Positions 30,599 to 38,011 of a DNA stretch of 64,000 nucleotides are shown in pieces; position 1 is the first letter of the stretch; each line of letters starts with the position of its first letter. The stretch covers positions 2,479 to 66,478 of the IMG/VR virus record IMGVR_UViG_3300042450_000503; one strand, written 5' to 3'. The DNA comes from a virus. The notes beneath the pieces are model-generated. The model was not told where the DNA came from and made no database searches. It saw only the letters and a list, made by a program, of their open reading frames with translations. Position numbers and translations under genes: made by a program.

Positions 30599-30669
30599 TT
30601 GCGGATTCAGGACTCGAACCTGGCTCTGGGGTTATGAGCCCCTTGTGCTACCAATTACACTAAACCGCG
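30599..30669 (-). tRNA. tRNA-Met(CAT), initiator-like, several stem mismatches
   Basis: Minus strand CGCGGTT TA GTGT AATTGGTA GCAC A AGGGG CTCATAA CCCCA GAG CCAGG TTCGAGT CCTGA ATCCGCA A; C1:A72 mismatch and GGG/CCC anticodon stem. Confidence 0.8.
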
Positions 30670-30676
30670 ATATAGA

Positions 30677-30690
30677 GTATAATTACGTAT
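30677..30690 (-). promoter_or_regulatory. Late-type promoter candidate (A/C)GTAATWAT
   Basis: ATACGTAATTATAC directly upstream of tRNA-Met; similar motifs precede other late genes. Confidence 0.45.
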
Positions 30691-30707
30691 AGACCCCACA
30701 ATTTACA

Positions 30708-30755
30708 GTGCGACATTAGCCTACTATTTTTATATATAAGTACCTAACGTCACAC
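30708..30755. repeat. 48-bp inverted-repeat site, copy 1
   Basis: GTGCGACATTAGCCTACTATTTTTATATATAAGTACCTAACGTCACAC. Confidence 0.75.
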
Positions 30756-30759
30756 TTTT

Positions 30760-31220
30760 TAATTAAAAAAAAATATTGTAAAAAATTTTTTATCACAAAT
30801 ATATAAGTAAAGTGTTATATACCAATTTTGTTCGCAGGGACCCCCAACGGAAACGAACTTTGTTTGGCCCACCCCCCCAGTCGATTTCGACTTTCGGAAA
30901 AAGGATTTGCCTTTTCGGTCACGGCATGCGTGAGTTGATTGGCACTTATAGGCGGAAGGTTGAGGTGTTGCGCTGCGTGCGTTTGTTATGATGAGTGGCC
31001 GTGTGTTTGTTATGATGTGATGTGTTGGTGTATGATATGTTATACGATACGGCATGATACGATACGATACGTATGGCATGCCAGCTAACAGCGTTACCTC
31101 ATCGCGCTGCATCCGATCTGGTGTTGTGTGTTACTGTAATGCGTGTTACTGTAATGGTGGTTACCGATACGTGGAGCGGAGCGACACGCGGAGCGTGTAT
31201 AGCAACGCGTATAGCACTCC
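30760..31220. other. Non-coding divergence region with short tandem repeats (candidate terminus/origin)
   Basis: Switch of transcription direction; C-runs, GATAC repeats, TGTTTGTTATGATG x2, GTGTTACTGTAATG x2. Confidence 0.5.
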
Positions 31221-31221
31221 C

Positions 31222-31263
31222 TACAGTCCTGATACGACCTAGATATGATAATATATATGTAAC
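31222..31263 (+). promoter_or_regulatory. Early promoter-like motif P1 (TACAGTCYTRATACGA-N8-TGATAATATAAATGTAAC)
   Basis: TACAGTCCTGATACGA-CCTAGATA-TGATAATATATATGTAAC; 16 bp before ATG 31280. Confidence 0.8.
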
Positions 31264-31279
31264 AAGTAAACAATAAGAC

Positions 31280-31435
31280 ATGAATAGAATAGAAGAGTTA
31301 ATAGTACAAAAGTATCCATATCAATTGGAAGAGATCTTAACAAAAATAGAGGTTATGAAACAAGACTACGATCAAGACATGTTCTTGGAAGAAGACATCA
31401 TCGAATCAATACTAATAGAATTAAATATAATATAA
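31280..31435 (+). CDS. Small acidic early protein, paralogue A (51 aa)
   Basis: MNRIEELIVQKYPYQLEEILTKIEVMKQDYDQDMFLEEDIIESILIELNII. Confidence 0.75.
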   Translation: MNRIEELIVQKYPYQLEEILTKIEVMKQDYDQDMFLEEDIIESILIELNII

Positions 31436-31436
31436 C

Positions 31437-31601
31437 ATGAAGATAGAATTTACAAGAGAAGAGTTAAATGAGTTAGTGAACGGATTGTATTCATCAAGAG
31501 AGTTCGTACTCTCATATGAAGAGGAAAAACCAATCAACACATTAATCGATCGATTAGAAACAATCATTACAACAACCGAGTTATTAACAATAAACAAATA
31601 A
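31437..31601 (+). CDS. Small early protein (54 aa)
   Basis: MKIEFTREELNELVNGLY...; packed between neighbours. Confidence 0.6.
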   Translation: MKIEFTREELNELVNGLYSSREFVLSYEEEKPINTLIDRLETIITTTELLTINK

Positions 31602-31604
31602 GAT

Positions 31605-31766
31605 ATGAGAAAGTTTACACACGATGAGAAAGTAGTAATTATTAAACGTGTAATTGTCGGTTATCAAATCGTACTCACAAGTATGTTCGTTGTTGGATTT
31701 ACGAGAGTAGTGATCGGACTGATCATGGGTGAGTTCTCGAATGTGTCGTTCGGGATTTATAACTAA
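31605..31766 (+). CDS. Small early membrane protein (53 aa)
   Basis: MRKFTHDEKVVIIKRVIVGYQIVLTSMFVVGFTRVVIGLIMGEFSNVSFGIYN. Confidence 0.6.
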   Translation: MRKFTHDEKVVIIKRVIVGYQIVLTSMFVVGFTRVVIGLIMGEFSNVSFGIYN

Positions 31767-31837
31767 TACAAACCGGAGGTGTGAAAACACCGAAGGTGTA
31801 TAGCAAATGTATAGCATTTGCGTATAGCAAAAACCCT

Positions 31838-31878
31838 TACAGTCAGGACACGAGGTCAAAATGATAATATATATGAAT
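31838..31878 (+). promoter_or_regulatory. Early promoter-like motif P2
   Basis: TACAGTCAGGACACGA-N8-TGATAATATATATGAAT. Confidence 0.75.
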
Positions 31879-31912
31879 AAAGAAATTAATAATAATAAAT
31901 AAATCAAATAAA

Positions 31913-32089
31913 ATGACTTTAAAAATTAATCCTAACTTTAGATCTTTAATTAATTCTATATTAATTAATTCTAATAAATTAAATAATTCTTTTTATATAT
32001 TAAATAATAATTTAATAATAAATCCAAAAGATCTTGAAGAAGTTGATAAATTATTGACTAGAAATCTTTATAAATATAAAGTCTTATAA
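31913..32089 (+). CDS. Small Asn-rich early protein (58 aa)
   Basis: MTLKINPNFRSLINSILINSNK...; follows P2. Confidence 0.55.
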   Translation: MTLKINPNFRSLINSILINSNKLNNSFYILNNNLIINPKDLEEVDKLLTRNLYKYKVL

Positions 32090-32094
32090 TCCTC

Positions 32095-32136
32095 TACAGT
32101 CTTAATACGATCAAAGAATGATAATATAAATGTAAG
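32095..32136 (+). promoter_or_regulatory. Early promoter-like motif P3
   Basis: TACAGTCTTAATACGA-N8-TGATAATATAAATGTAAG. Confidence 0.8.
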
Positions 32137-32163
32137 TAAATAATAATAAATAAATAAAATAAC

Positions 32164-32319
32164 ATGACTAGAATAGAACAATTAATAGTAAATAAATATC
32201 CTAACCAACTTCAAGAAATAAAAGATCAAATAGAACTTTTAAAATTAGACTATGATGAAGAATTATTCTTAGAAGAAGATATAATAGAATCAATATTAAT
32301 AGAATTAAATATAATATAA
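32164..32319 (+). CDS. Small acidic early protein, paralogue B (51 aa)
   Basis: MTRIEQLIVNKYPNQLQEIKDQIELLKLDYDEELFLEEDIIESILIELNII. Confidence 0.75.
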   Translation: MTRIEQLIVNKYPNQLQEIKDQIELLKLDYDEELFLEEDIIESILIELNII

Positions 32320-32321
32320 CT

Positions 32322-32363
32322 TACAGTCTAGATACGACTAGTAATTGATAATATAAATGTAAC
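32322..32363 (+). promoter_or_regulatory. Early promoter-like motif P4
   Basis: TACAGTCTAGATACGA-N8-TGATAATATAAATGTAAC. Confidence 0.8.
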
Positions 32364-32395
32364 AAATAATAAATAACAAATTAAATAAAATAAAG

Positions 32396-32761
32396 ATGAA
32401 CAAATTTAAAAAAGAAGTAGTAGAAGTAGAAGTAGTAGTTGTAAAAACTAACAAAGAATTATTAACTGAAGCCATCAGTAAATTAAGTCCAGAAGACTTA
32501 GCCTTGATCTATCCTAAGATCGAACGAGCTAACTTTGTAGTAAGAAAATCTTGGCTAGGTAGAAATCAAGTAATAACTTTTGTTAACAACAAAAATCAAA
32601 AGATAACTTACAATCATGATGAAGTATTAAAAGTCATGTTGCCTAAACTATCTATAATGCCATGTTGGATCAAAAGACAATACTGGTCACAATCTACTGA
32701 TATGCCAAGTAATGTCAGACATCTGGCTACTGTTGAAGTTCTAGAATCTACTGAAAAGTAG
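32396..32761 (+). CDS. Hypothetical early protein
   Basis: 121 aa after P4. Confidence 0.75.
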   Translation: MNKFKKEVVEVEVVVVKTNKELLTEAISKLSPEDLALIYPKIERANFVVRKSWLGRNQVITFVNNKNQKITYNHDEVLKVMLPKLSIMPCWIKRQYWSQSTDMPSNVRHLATVEVLESTEK

Positions 32762-32770
32762 GTTTTAGAA
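32739..32770 (+). terminator. Hairpin at gene end
   Basis: TTCTAGAATCTACT-GAAA-AGTAGGTTTTAGAA. Confidence 0.45.
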
Positions 32771-32793
32771 TAAAACAAAAATGCTATACACTC

Positions 32794-32835
32794 TACGGTC
32801 GTGACACGATCAATCTATGATAATATAAATGTAAT
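32794..32835 (+). promoter_or_regulatory. Early promoter-like motif P5
   Basis: TACGGTCGTGACACGA-N8-TGATAATATAAATGTAAT. Confidence 0.75.
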
Positions 32836-32848
32836 TAAATAAACAACT

Positions 32849-33145
32849 ATGAAAAATCAAATTAAATCAATTGAAGACGTTAAAAACTTTGTACAATATC
32901 TAATAGACAATGATCAATTGTATCATTTCGAAGACGATCCGATTGATGTTATTAATATCAATGACGAAGCTGTGTTCACACCGTATGAATGTGACTTGTT
33001 AAATCAGCGAGTTGACGAAATATGTGAGCTAAACTTGCTAGAAAGTGCATTCGAGTTCGCACTTGAGCATTTAGCAGCTGAAGATGAGATGCATGTGCAA
33101 GCCTGGAGAGAGTCATTAACACAAGAACAATTAAATAGTATATAA
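32849..33145 (+). CDS. Acidic hypothetical early protein
   Basis: 98 aa; YHFEDDP motif. Confidence 0.7.
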   Translation: MKNQIKSIEDVKNFVQYLIDNDQLYHFEDDPIDVININDEAVFTPYECDLLNQRVDEICELNLLESAFEFALEHLAAEDEMHVQAWRESLTQEQLNSI

Positions 33146-33146
33146 T

Positions 33147-33383
33147 ATGAAAGATTTAGCCTTAATCGCGCTTGGAATAGCCGCTGGATTCGTAGCATCA
33201 GCATTGATAGCAAACAAACAAGAACAGATCAGAGTTGAAGAGCAGGGTAATATACCAGCATTCTATTGGAATGATCGAGTTAACCCACCTCACAGAGGTT
33301 TTGAACTAAAAGTTGATATGTATTGGAACGAAACTAAAGATACTATCTACATGGAATATTCATCTGGTCCTGAGGGCGAGTAA
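33147..33383 (+). CDS. Membrane-anchored early protein
   Basis: 78 aa; N-terminal TM segment. Confidence 0.65.
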   Translation: MKDLALIALGIAAGFVASALIANKQEQIRVEEQGNIPAFYWNDRVNPPHRGFELKVDMYWNETKDTIYMEYSSGPEGE

Positions 33384-33386
33384 AAT

Positions 33387-33434
33387 GTGCGACGTTAGCC
33401 TACTATTTATTAACTTAATCGGCTAATGTCACTC
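33387..33434. repeat. 48-bp inverted-repeat site, copy 2
   Basis: GTGCGACGTTAGCCTACTATTTATTAACTTAATCGGCTAATGTCACTC. Confidence 0.75.
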
Positions 33435-33476
33435 TTTTTCAACAGTTGCTTGCAACTACACCGAAGGTGTATAGCA

Positions 33477-33516
33477 TACAGGCCTAATACGGTCTCTTTT
33501 TGATAATAATTACGTA
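33477..33516 (+). promoter_or_regulatory. Early promoter-like motif P6 (variant)
   Basis: TACAGGCCTAATACGG-N8-TGATAATAATTACGTA; not followed by an ORF. Confidence 0.6.
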
Positions 33517-33646
33517 GCCTGGCTTTGAAATAGCGTCGGAAGAGTAGACTCCGTCCTACATTATAGCCAAATATACTCGAAAGTAAGGTTTGCCCTTGTT
33601 TTTTACTTGAGGGTAGCGATTACTTTTGATCTTTTTAGGTAAATCG
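33514..33646 (+). ncRNA. Candidate small structured RNA
   Basis: ORF-free stretch behind P6 with several short hairpins (TGGCT/AGCCA, TACT-CGAA-AGTA, CCCTTG/TGAGGG, CGATT/AATCG). Confidence 0.3.
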
Positions 33647-33672
33647 TGTATAGCATCCACCCAAAAAACTCT

Positions 33673-33714
33673 TACAAGATCAACACGAGACTAAATTGAT
33701 AATATATTTGAATC
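33673..33714 (+). promoter_or_regulatory. Early promoter-like motif P7
   Basis: TACAAGATCAACACGA-N8-TGATAATATATTTGAATC. Confidence 0.65.
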
Positions 33715-33729
33715 AAAACAATAATAATT

Positions 33730-33864
33730 ATGACTTTAGAATTAAATAATACCGAGGTTGCCCAATTAAAAGAGTTAATTTATGACTATATCGACCGCAT
33801 CGGTGGTTTCGATCAATTAAGTGATGAAATGAAAGAGGTTTTACAAGATTTAATAGATGGATAG
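33730..33864 (+). CDS. Small acidic early protein (44 aa)
   Basis: MTLELNNTEVAQLKELIYDYIDRIGGFDQLSDEMKEVLQDLIDG; follows P7. Confidence 0.6.
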   Translation: MTLELNNTEVAQLKELIYDYIDRIGGFDQLSDEMKEVLQDLIDG

Positions 33865-33923
33865 AGAAGTACTCTATAGCACCTGTATACTATTTAATTC
33901 AAGCAAATGAAGTATAACCTTTT

Positions 33924-33965
33924 TACAATCATAATACGATAGCGAAATGATAATATAAATGTAAC
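33924..33965 (+). promoter_or_regulatory. Early promoter-like motif P8
   Basis: TACAATCATAATACGA-N8-TGATAATATAAATGTAAC. Confidence 0.8.
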
Positions 33966-33981
33966 AAAAACAAATAAATAT

Positions 33982-34263
33982 ATGGAATATAAAGTAGTAG
34001 AAAGTAAGGAAATAGTATGGTGTGAGTACGATGATAGATATGTACTAATAATTAAGTCAAATGACGAGATAATTGGGTTAAACTTCATGCAAGGTGACGA
34101 ACTTGAGATGTTTAAAGAAGATTTCACTTATGTTGATGAGAAGTTAACTGACTTTTACAATGCGGTAAGTCCATACTTAGGCGGATTGAGTGAGCTTGAC
34201 CGTATTAATCAAGCGATATGGGCATTCCATAGTTATAGAGTATTAAGAGATGAAAGATATTAA
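33982..34263 (+). CDS. Hypothetical early protein
   Basis: 93 aa after P8. Confidence 0.7.
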   Translation: MEYKVVESKEIVWCEYDDRYVLIIKSNDEIIGLNFMQGDELEMFKEDFTYVDEKLTDFYNAVSPYLGGLSELDRINQAIWAFHSYRVLRDERY

Positions 34264-34282
34264 CAAATAAAAAATAGAAAAT

Positions 34283-34399
34283 ATGGAAGAGTACAGTGAT
34301 TGTTGTGGTGCGGGTAGACACCACATATATGATGAGTTATGCGGTGATTGTTTAGAACATTGCGAGTTTACCGATTGGGATGGTGAAGATGAAAATTAA
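34283..34399 (+). CDS. Small Cys-rich acidic peptide (38 aa)
   Basis: MEEYSDCCGAGRHHIYDELCGDCLEHCEFTDWDGEDEN; zinc-ribbon-like. Confidence 0.6.
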   Translation: MEEYSDCCGAGRHHIYDELCGDCLEHCEFTDWDGEDEN

Positions 34400-34415
34400 T
34401 ATTAAAAAGTAAATT

Positions 34416-34598
34416 ATGAAAACATATACAATACAAATTAACGAAAGTTATTCAAGAATAGTAACTATAGAATTGCCAGATGATAGCGATATTAACGACG
34501 CTATTGCCGAAGTGCGTAGCGATTATTATAATGAGCTAATAATATTAGATTATAGAGATTTTGATGATGCGGATTTTTATGAATTAGAAAATTATTAA
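34416..34598 (+). CDS. Small acidic protein (DpnD/PcfM-like pattern)
   Basis: 60 aa; YTIQINESYSRIVTIE...AIAEVRSDYYNELIILDYRDF. Confidence 0.55.
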   Translation: MKTYTIQINESYSRIVTIELPDDSDINDAIAEVRSDYYNELIILDYRDFDDADFYELENY

Positions 34599-34600
34599 GT

Positions 34601-34825
34601 ATGATAGGAGATAACCAAATTGTAGAGTATATTAATCCGTATTTTCCGGATAGACAAATGTACAAATGTAAGATTGAGGATTCAACATATCACACCGATG
34701 ACTATGGTAAATTAGTTGATTGGATTGTTGATAAGACTGTTAATGCAGAGTACTATGCGGAATGTAAGCAATTAAGCGACATAGCGTGCGCTAGCTTTAT
34801 GGCGGATGTAAAATATAAAGATTAA
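34601..34825 (+). CDS. Hypothetical early protein
   Basis: 74 aa. Confidence 0.6.
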   Translation: MIGDNQIVEYINPYFPDRQMYKCKIEDSTYHTDDYGKLVDWIVDKTVNAEYYAECKQLSDIACASFMADVKYKD

Positions 34826-34832
34826 TAATAGG

Positions 34833-34906
34833 AGTTAAGAGGAGTAATGGTAAACTCAGGCCGATCAGTGATGCCCGCAATGTAGGTTCGATTCCTACCT
34901 TAACTA
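34833..34906 (+). tRNA. tRNA-like gene with non-canonical anticodon arm
   Basis: Acceptor AGTTAAG/CTTAACT, D arm GAGT/ACTC, T arm GTAGG-TTCGATT-CCTAC; anticodon stem pairs only 3 of 5. Confidence 0.6.
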
Positions 34907-34916
34907 CAAATTCATT

Positions 34917-34958
34917 TACAGTCTTAATACGATTAATAAATGATAATATAAATGTAAC
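34917..34958 (+). promoter_or_regulatory. Early promoter-like motif P9
   Basis: TACAGTCTTAATACGA-N8-TGATAATATAAATGTAAC. Confidence 0.8.
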
Positions 34959-34974
34959 TAACAAATAATAATAT

Positions 34975-35154
34975 ATGAAAAATTCAATCAAGTTTTTAAA
35001 GTACAATTTCATTAAGCTCAACGGAGTGCTATACACACCCTACCTTGTCGGCGAACTACCGAACACGTTCGGATTTATAACTAATGACGAAGATCAAGAT
35101 GGTTATAGTGAGTGGTTTAATTTTAAAGGTTTAACTTATATAATCAAGAAATAG
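34975..35154 (+). CDS. Small early protein (59 aa)
   Basis: MKNSIKFLKYNFIKLNGVLYTPY...; follows P9. Confidence 0.65.
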   Translation: MKNSIKFLKYNFIKLNGVLYTPYLVGELPNTFGFITNDEDQDGYSEWFNFKGLTYIIKK

Positions 35155-35155
35155 T

Positions 35156-35344
35156 ATGATGTCATTCCCTAAATATAAACAAAACTTGCGAATGATCGGT
35201 GACGAAGTGTGGAGCTACTCTACTAATGTTGCAAGAAAAGAAGATGATAAACTAATACAATTAGGTTATTGGTCTGTAACTACCCAGAAACATATTAACT
35301 ATGTAGCCCGTGAATTAAATCTAACCTTAATAAAAACAGTATGA
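35156..35344 (+). CDS. Conserved small phage protein
   Basis: 62 aa; VWSYSTNVA...WSVTTQKHINY. Confidence 0.7.
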   Translation: MMSFPKYKQNLRMIGDEVWSYSTNVARKEDDKLIQLGYWSVTTQKHINYVARELNLTLIKTV

Positions 35345-35589
35345 TAGTAATAGCCAGTAATATGAAAGAAGCGTGTCAATTTCTTGAAGAAAAGAAAGCA
35401 CGTAATAGAGCCAACCGTATAAATGCGGTTAATACAGATGGATTGTGTAAAAGCTTCACTAGTGATGACTACAAAAAAGTTAAAACTACAATGAAGGGTG
35501 CAGCCAACCGTAAAGCCAAGACCTTTAGCGTAACTAGATACTGGAATCACAACAACCTAACATTAACAGAAATTAAAAATAAATATTAA
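35341..35589 (+). CDS. Basic hypothetical protein
   Basis: 82 aa, overlapping stop/start. Confidence 0.65.
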   Translation: MIVIASNMKEACQFLEEKKARNRANRINAVNTDGLCKSFTSDDYKKVKTTMKGAANRKAKTFSVTRYWNHNNLTLTEIKNKY

Positions 35590-35590
35590 T

Positions 35591-35878
35591 ATGAGAAGAA
35601 TAGTATTAGAACAAAATGAAGTAATATCATTAAGTGAAGTAGATAATCGATCGTTTGTAGGTATACAATGGGAAAGCGGGCAGAAATGTATGATTATTAG
35701 AACTATAGAGGGATATTGCAGTATAAGCAATGACCATACCCCTAATATAATGAATGTATGGTATGCTGATTCCATACAAGAATACGTGACAAGAGCATTA
35801 AATCAAGGTAATAATACAAACTCTAGAGCCTATGCTTTCAATAATACAAAAGAGTTATGTGAATGGATGAGTATATAA
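35591..35878 (+). CDS. Hypothetical protein
   Basis: 95 aa. Confidence 0.65.
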   Translation: MRRIVLEQNEVISLSEVDNRSFVGIQWESGQKCMIIRTIEGYCSISNDHTPNIMNVWYADSIQEYVTRALNQGNNTNSRAYAFNNTKELCEWMSI

Positions 35879-35891
35879 TAAAAATAAATAT

Positions 35892-36083
35892 ATGAAAAAG
35901 TTAAACGGATTTGAAAGTTATTTAGTTCTTGAGGGCTTAGCGTCTATGAGAAGAACAATGAAAATGGATATATTAGAAATTCAAGCTGACGGTAAAAACC
36001 CTATTATGACTACAGGTTATGTAGATATGGTTATCGACGAAACAATTGAAAAGATTAAAACATTAACCTTAAAACAAAAGTAA
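35892..36083 (+). CDS. Hypothetical protein
   Basis: 63 aa. Confidence 0.65.
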   Translation: MKKLNGFESYLVLEGLASMRRTMKMDILEIQADGKNPIMTTGYVDMVIDETIEKIKTLTLKQK

Positions 36084-36298
36084 TGAAAGAGCAGTATATT
36101 AAGATGCGTAACAGTAACCAACTAGATATTGGTTTGCTATACACCTATGCTCGAGAGCAGGGCTTAACTATGCCGATCGATCAGTTTGCGGCGGGCCTGC
36201 AATTTATGGCTAGTGACGTGATAGAGTATTTAGATCATAAACTTGAGTTAACTTTATTATTTAGTAAAGACGGTAAATTTATAAAAGTAGTAGAATAA
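36083..36298 (+). CDS. Hypothetical protein
   Basis: 71 aa, TAATG coupling. Confidence 0.65.
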   Translation: MKEQYIKMRNSNQLDIGLLYTYAREQGLTMPIDQFAAGLQFMASDVIEYLDHKLELTLLFSKDGKFIKVVE

Positions 36299-36624
36299 TG
36301 GAAAAAAGATATAAAGATAGCGGATATGGCTATAGAGATGTTGCGGTATTAGTAAGCGCTGGATATGGCGCTGGGTGGAGTTCTTGGAGTATGCCTGAAG
36401 AGGCATTGTTTGATCCGGTTATAGTAGATTTTGTTGAAAATGACAAAACCAACACAGAAGAGTTCTCCGAGTATTTAGAAAAAAAATATTCAGAAGTTTT
36501 TACAGGCGGAGCTGGTGGTCTATATGTATGTTGGGTACCTGAAGGTAAAGAATTTAGAATAGACGAATATGACGGAGCTGAAAGTTTAGTGCTAAAAGAT
36601 AATGAAAGCTGGATAACAGCGTAG
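36298..36624 (+). CDS. Conserved phage protein
   Basis: 108 aa; VAVLVSAGYGAGWSSW...FRIDEYDGAE. Confidence 0.75.
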   Translation: MEKRYKDSGYGYRDVAVLVSAGYGAGWSSWSMPEEALFDPVIVDFVENDKTNTEEFSEYLEKKYSEVFTGGAGGLYVCWVPEGKEFRIDEYDGAESLVLKDNESWITA

Positions 36625-36625
36625 T

Positions 36626-36667
36626 TACAATCCTGATACGAATAAGAATTGATAATATAAATGTAAC
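36626..36667 (+). promoter_or_regulatory. Early promoter-like motif P10
   Basis: TACAATCCTGATACGA-N8-TGATAATATAAATGTAAC. Confidence 0.8.
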
Positions 36668-36684
36668 AAATTAAATATAATAAT

Positions 36685-36933
36685 ATGAGTGATTTAACTA
36701 AAAAAATTAATTTAGTAGGTAGATTTGCTACCTTATCTAAAACTGTAGACTTTGATGATTTTTATTCCATAAATATATGGATTGCACGAGACGAAATTAG
36801 TTTACAAGGGCATATTAACCCTACTAATATGAGCTCAGCTAAAAAGCTTGGCGTAGATTTAGTATTTGAAAATGATAGTCAAATGCTTAAGGGTGAGTCT
36901 GAAGATGGTAAATTAAGAATCGTTTTAACCTAA
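36685..36933 (+). CDS. Hypothetical protein
   Basis: 82 aa after P10. Confidence 0.7.
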   Translation: MSDLTKKINLVGRFATLSKTVDFDDFYSINIWIARDEISLQGHINPTNMSSAKKLGVDLVFENDSQMLKGESEDGKLRIVLT

Positions 36934-36938
36934 TAACT

Positions 36939-37124
36939 ATGACAAAAGAAAAATTAGCATTTCAAGAAGCCTTAGCATTCGAAGTATGGATGCGCGAAAC
37001 TGTAAGATCTGTACATTATGCAGACAACTCTAAAATGGCTGACGCTTATGACAGAGTATTTAATAACGCATTAGAAATAGTAATATATGAAAACGCTAAA
37101 TCAAAAAGAACTAGACCTAGTTAG
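36939..37124 (+). CDS. Hypothetical protein
   Basis: 61 aa. Confidence 0.6.
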   Translation: MTKEKLAFQEALAFEVWMRETVRSVHYADNSKMADAYDRVFNNALEIVIYENAKSKRTRPS

Positions 37125-37308
37125 GTTAGCCGTGCTTGAAGGAGTACTAGAAACCCAAAATAAATTACGCATTGACTTTAAAATTAGAGAATCTGATTTA
37201 ACTGTTCATCAAGTAATAAGACTTGAGCAGATCACGGATTTGCTATACACGCTGTTTTGCCAAGTTGTTGAAGAGCGCGGTGTCTTACAGTCCGAATACG
37301 AACAATAA
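37087..37308 (+). CDS. Hypothetical protein
   Basis: 73 aa. Confidence 0.6.
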   Translation: MKTLNQKELDLVRLAVLEGVLETQNKLRIDFKIRESDLTVHQVIRLEQITDLLYTLFCQVVEERGVLQSEYEQ

Positions 37309-37327
37309 TTGATAATATAAATGTAAC
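37286..37327 (+). promoter_or_regulatory. Early promoter-like motif P11
   Basis: TACAGTCCGAATACGA-N8-TGATAATATAAATGTAAC. Confidence 0.8.
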
Positions 37328-37344
37328 CAATAAAATTTAATAAA

Positions 37345-37752
37345 ATGGATAAAATAAACAACCTGTTTGATCAGGAAATTACAAAAACTATAGATGCTTA
37401 CCCAAGTATTTATACTAAAGATGATGTTGTTAGCTTATTAAGTAAGCTACGTACTGTAGTATTAACTGAAACCTCTGAAGCTTTATCTAATGCAAACGCT
37501 ACTCCAATTACTGAAATGGACTTTCAAAACTTTAGCGAAAGTGTAACCAGAGAATTAGAAAACAGAATAAACAGAGGCGATGTTGATGTGCATGACTATT
37601 CAAGCGCTGAGTTCAGTATTAACTATCACAATACAATTGAAATCGAAAGTATTGACTTTAATTCTGACGCTGTAACTGATGAATTATCTGATATATTATT
37701 AGATAAATTTCAAGAATCATTTGGTAAATTAATAACTAATACTGAAGAATAA
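37345..37752 (+). CDS. Acidic hypothetical protein
   Basis: 135 aa after P11. Confidence 0.75.
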   Translation: MDKINNLFDQEITKTIDAYPSIYTKDDVVSLLSKLRTVVLTETSEALSNANATPITEMDFQNFSESVTRELENRINRGDVDVHDYSSAEFSINYHNTIEIESIDFNSDAVTDELSDILLDKFQESFGKLITNTEE

Positions 37753-38006
37753 TGATAGATCTTAGAAAGAATAAAACAGAAGATCAGCCGCTACCTAAAT
37801 GGTTTAATGGTATGTTATATACTAATGGCGGAATGGTAATGAACCCTTTTAGTCATGAAAGTATTGAATTAACAGCCGCTGAATTAAGTATGTATGATTA
37901 TATTATGGGTTGTGTTATGTTAAATAAGTATGATGCAACCTTTAATAAAGCAATGAATTGGTTTCGGAAAGCCAATGGTGATGCCTATATGGTATTATTA
38001 GATTAA
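37752..38006 (+). CDS. Conserved phage protein
   Basis: 84 aa; NPFSHESIEL...WFRKANGDAYMVLLD. Confidence 0.75.
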   Translation: MIDLRKNKTEDQPLPKWFNGMLYTNGGMVMNPFSHESIELTAAELSMYDYIMGCVMLNKYDATFNKAMNWFRKANGDAYMVLLD

Positions 38007-38011
38007 CCATG

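Noticed and set aside
30759-31281. ORF-track entries in the divergence region (30759..31112, 31054..31242, 31073..31276, 31099..31281)
   Set aside because: They translate low-complexity repeats, overlap each other on both strands and have atypical composition
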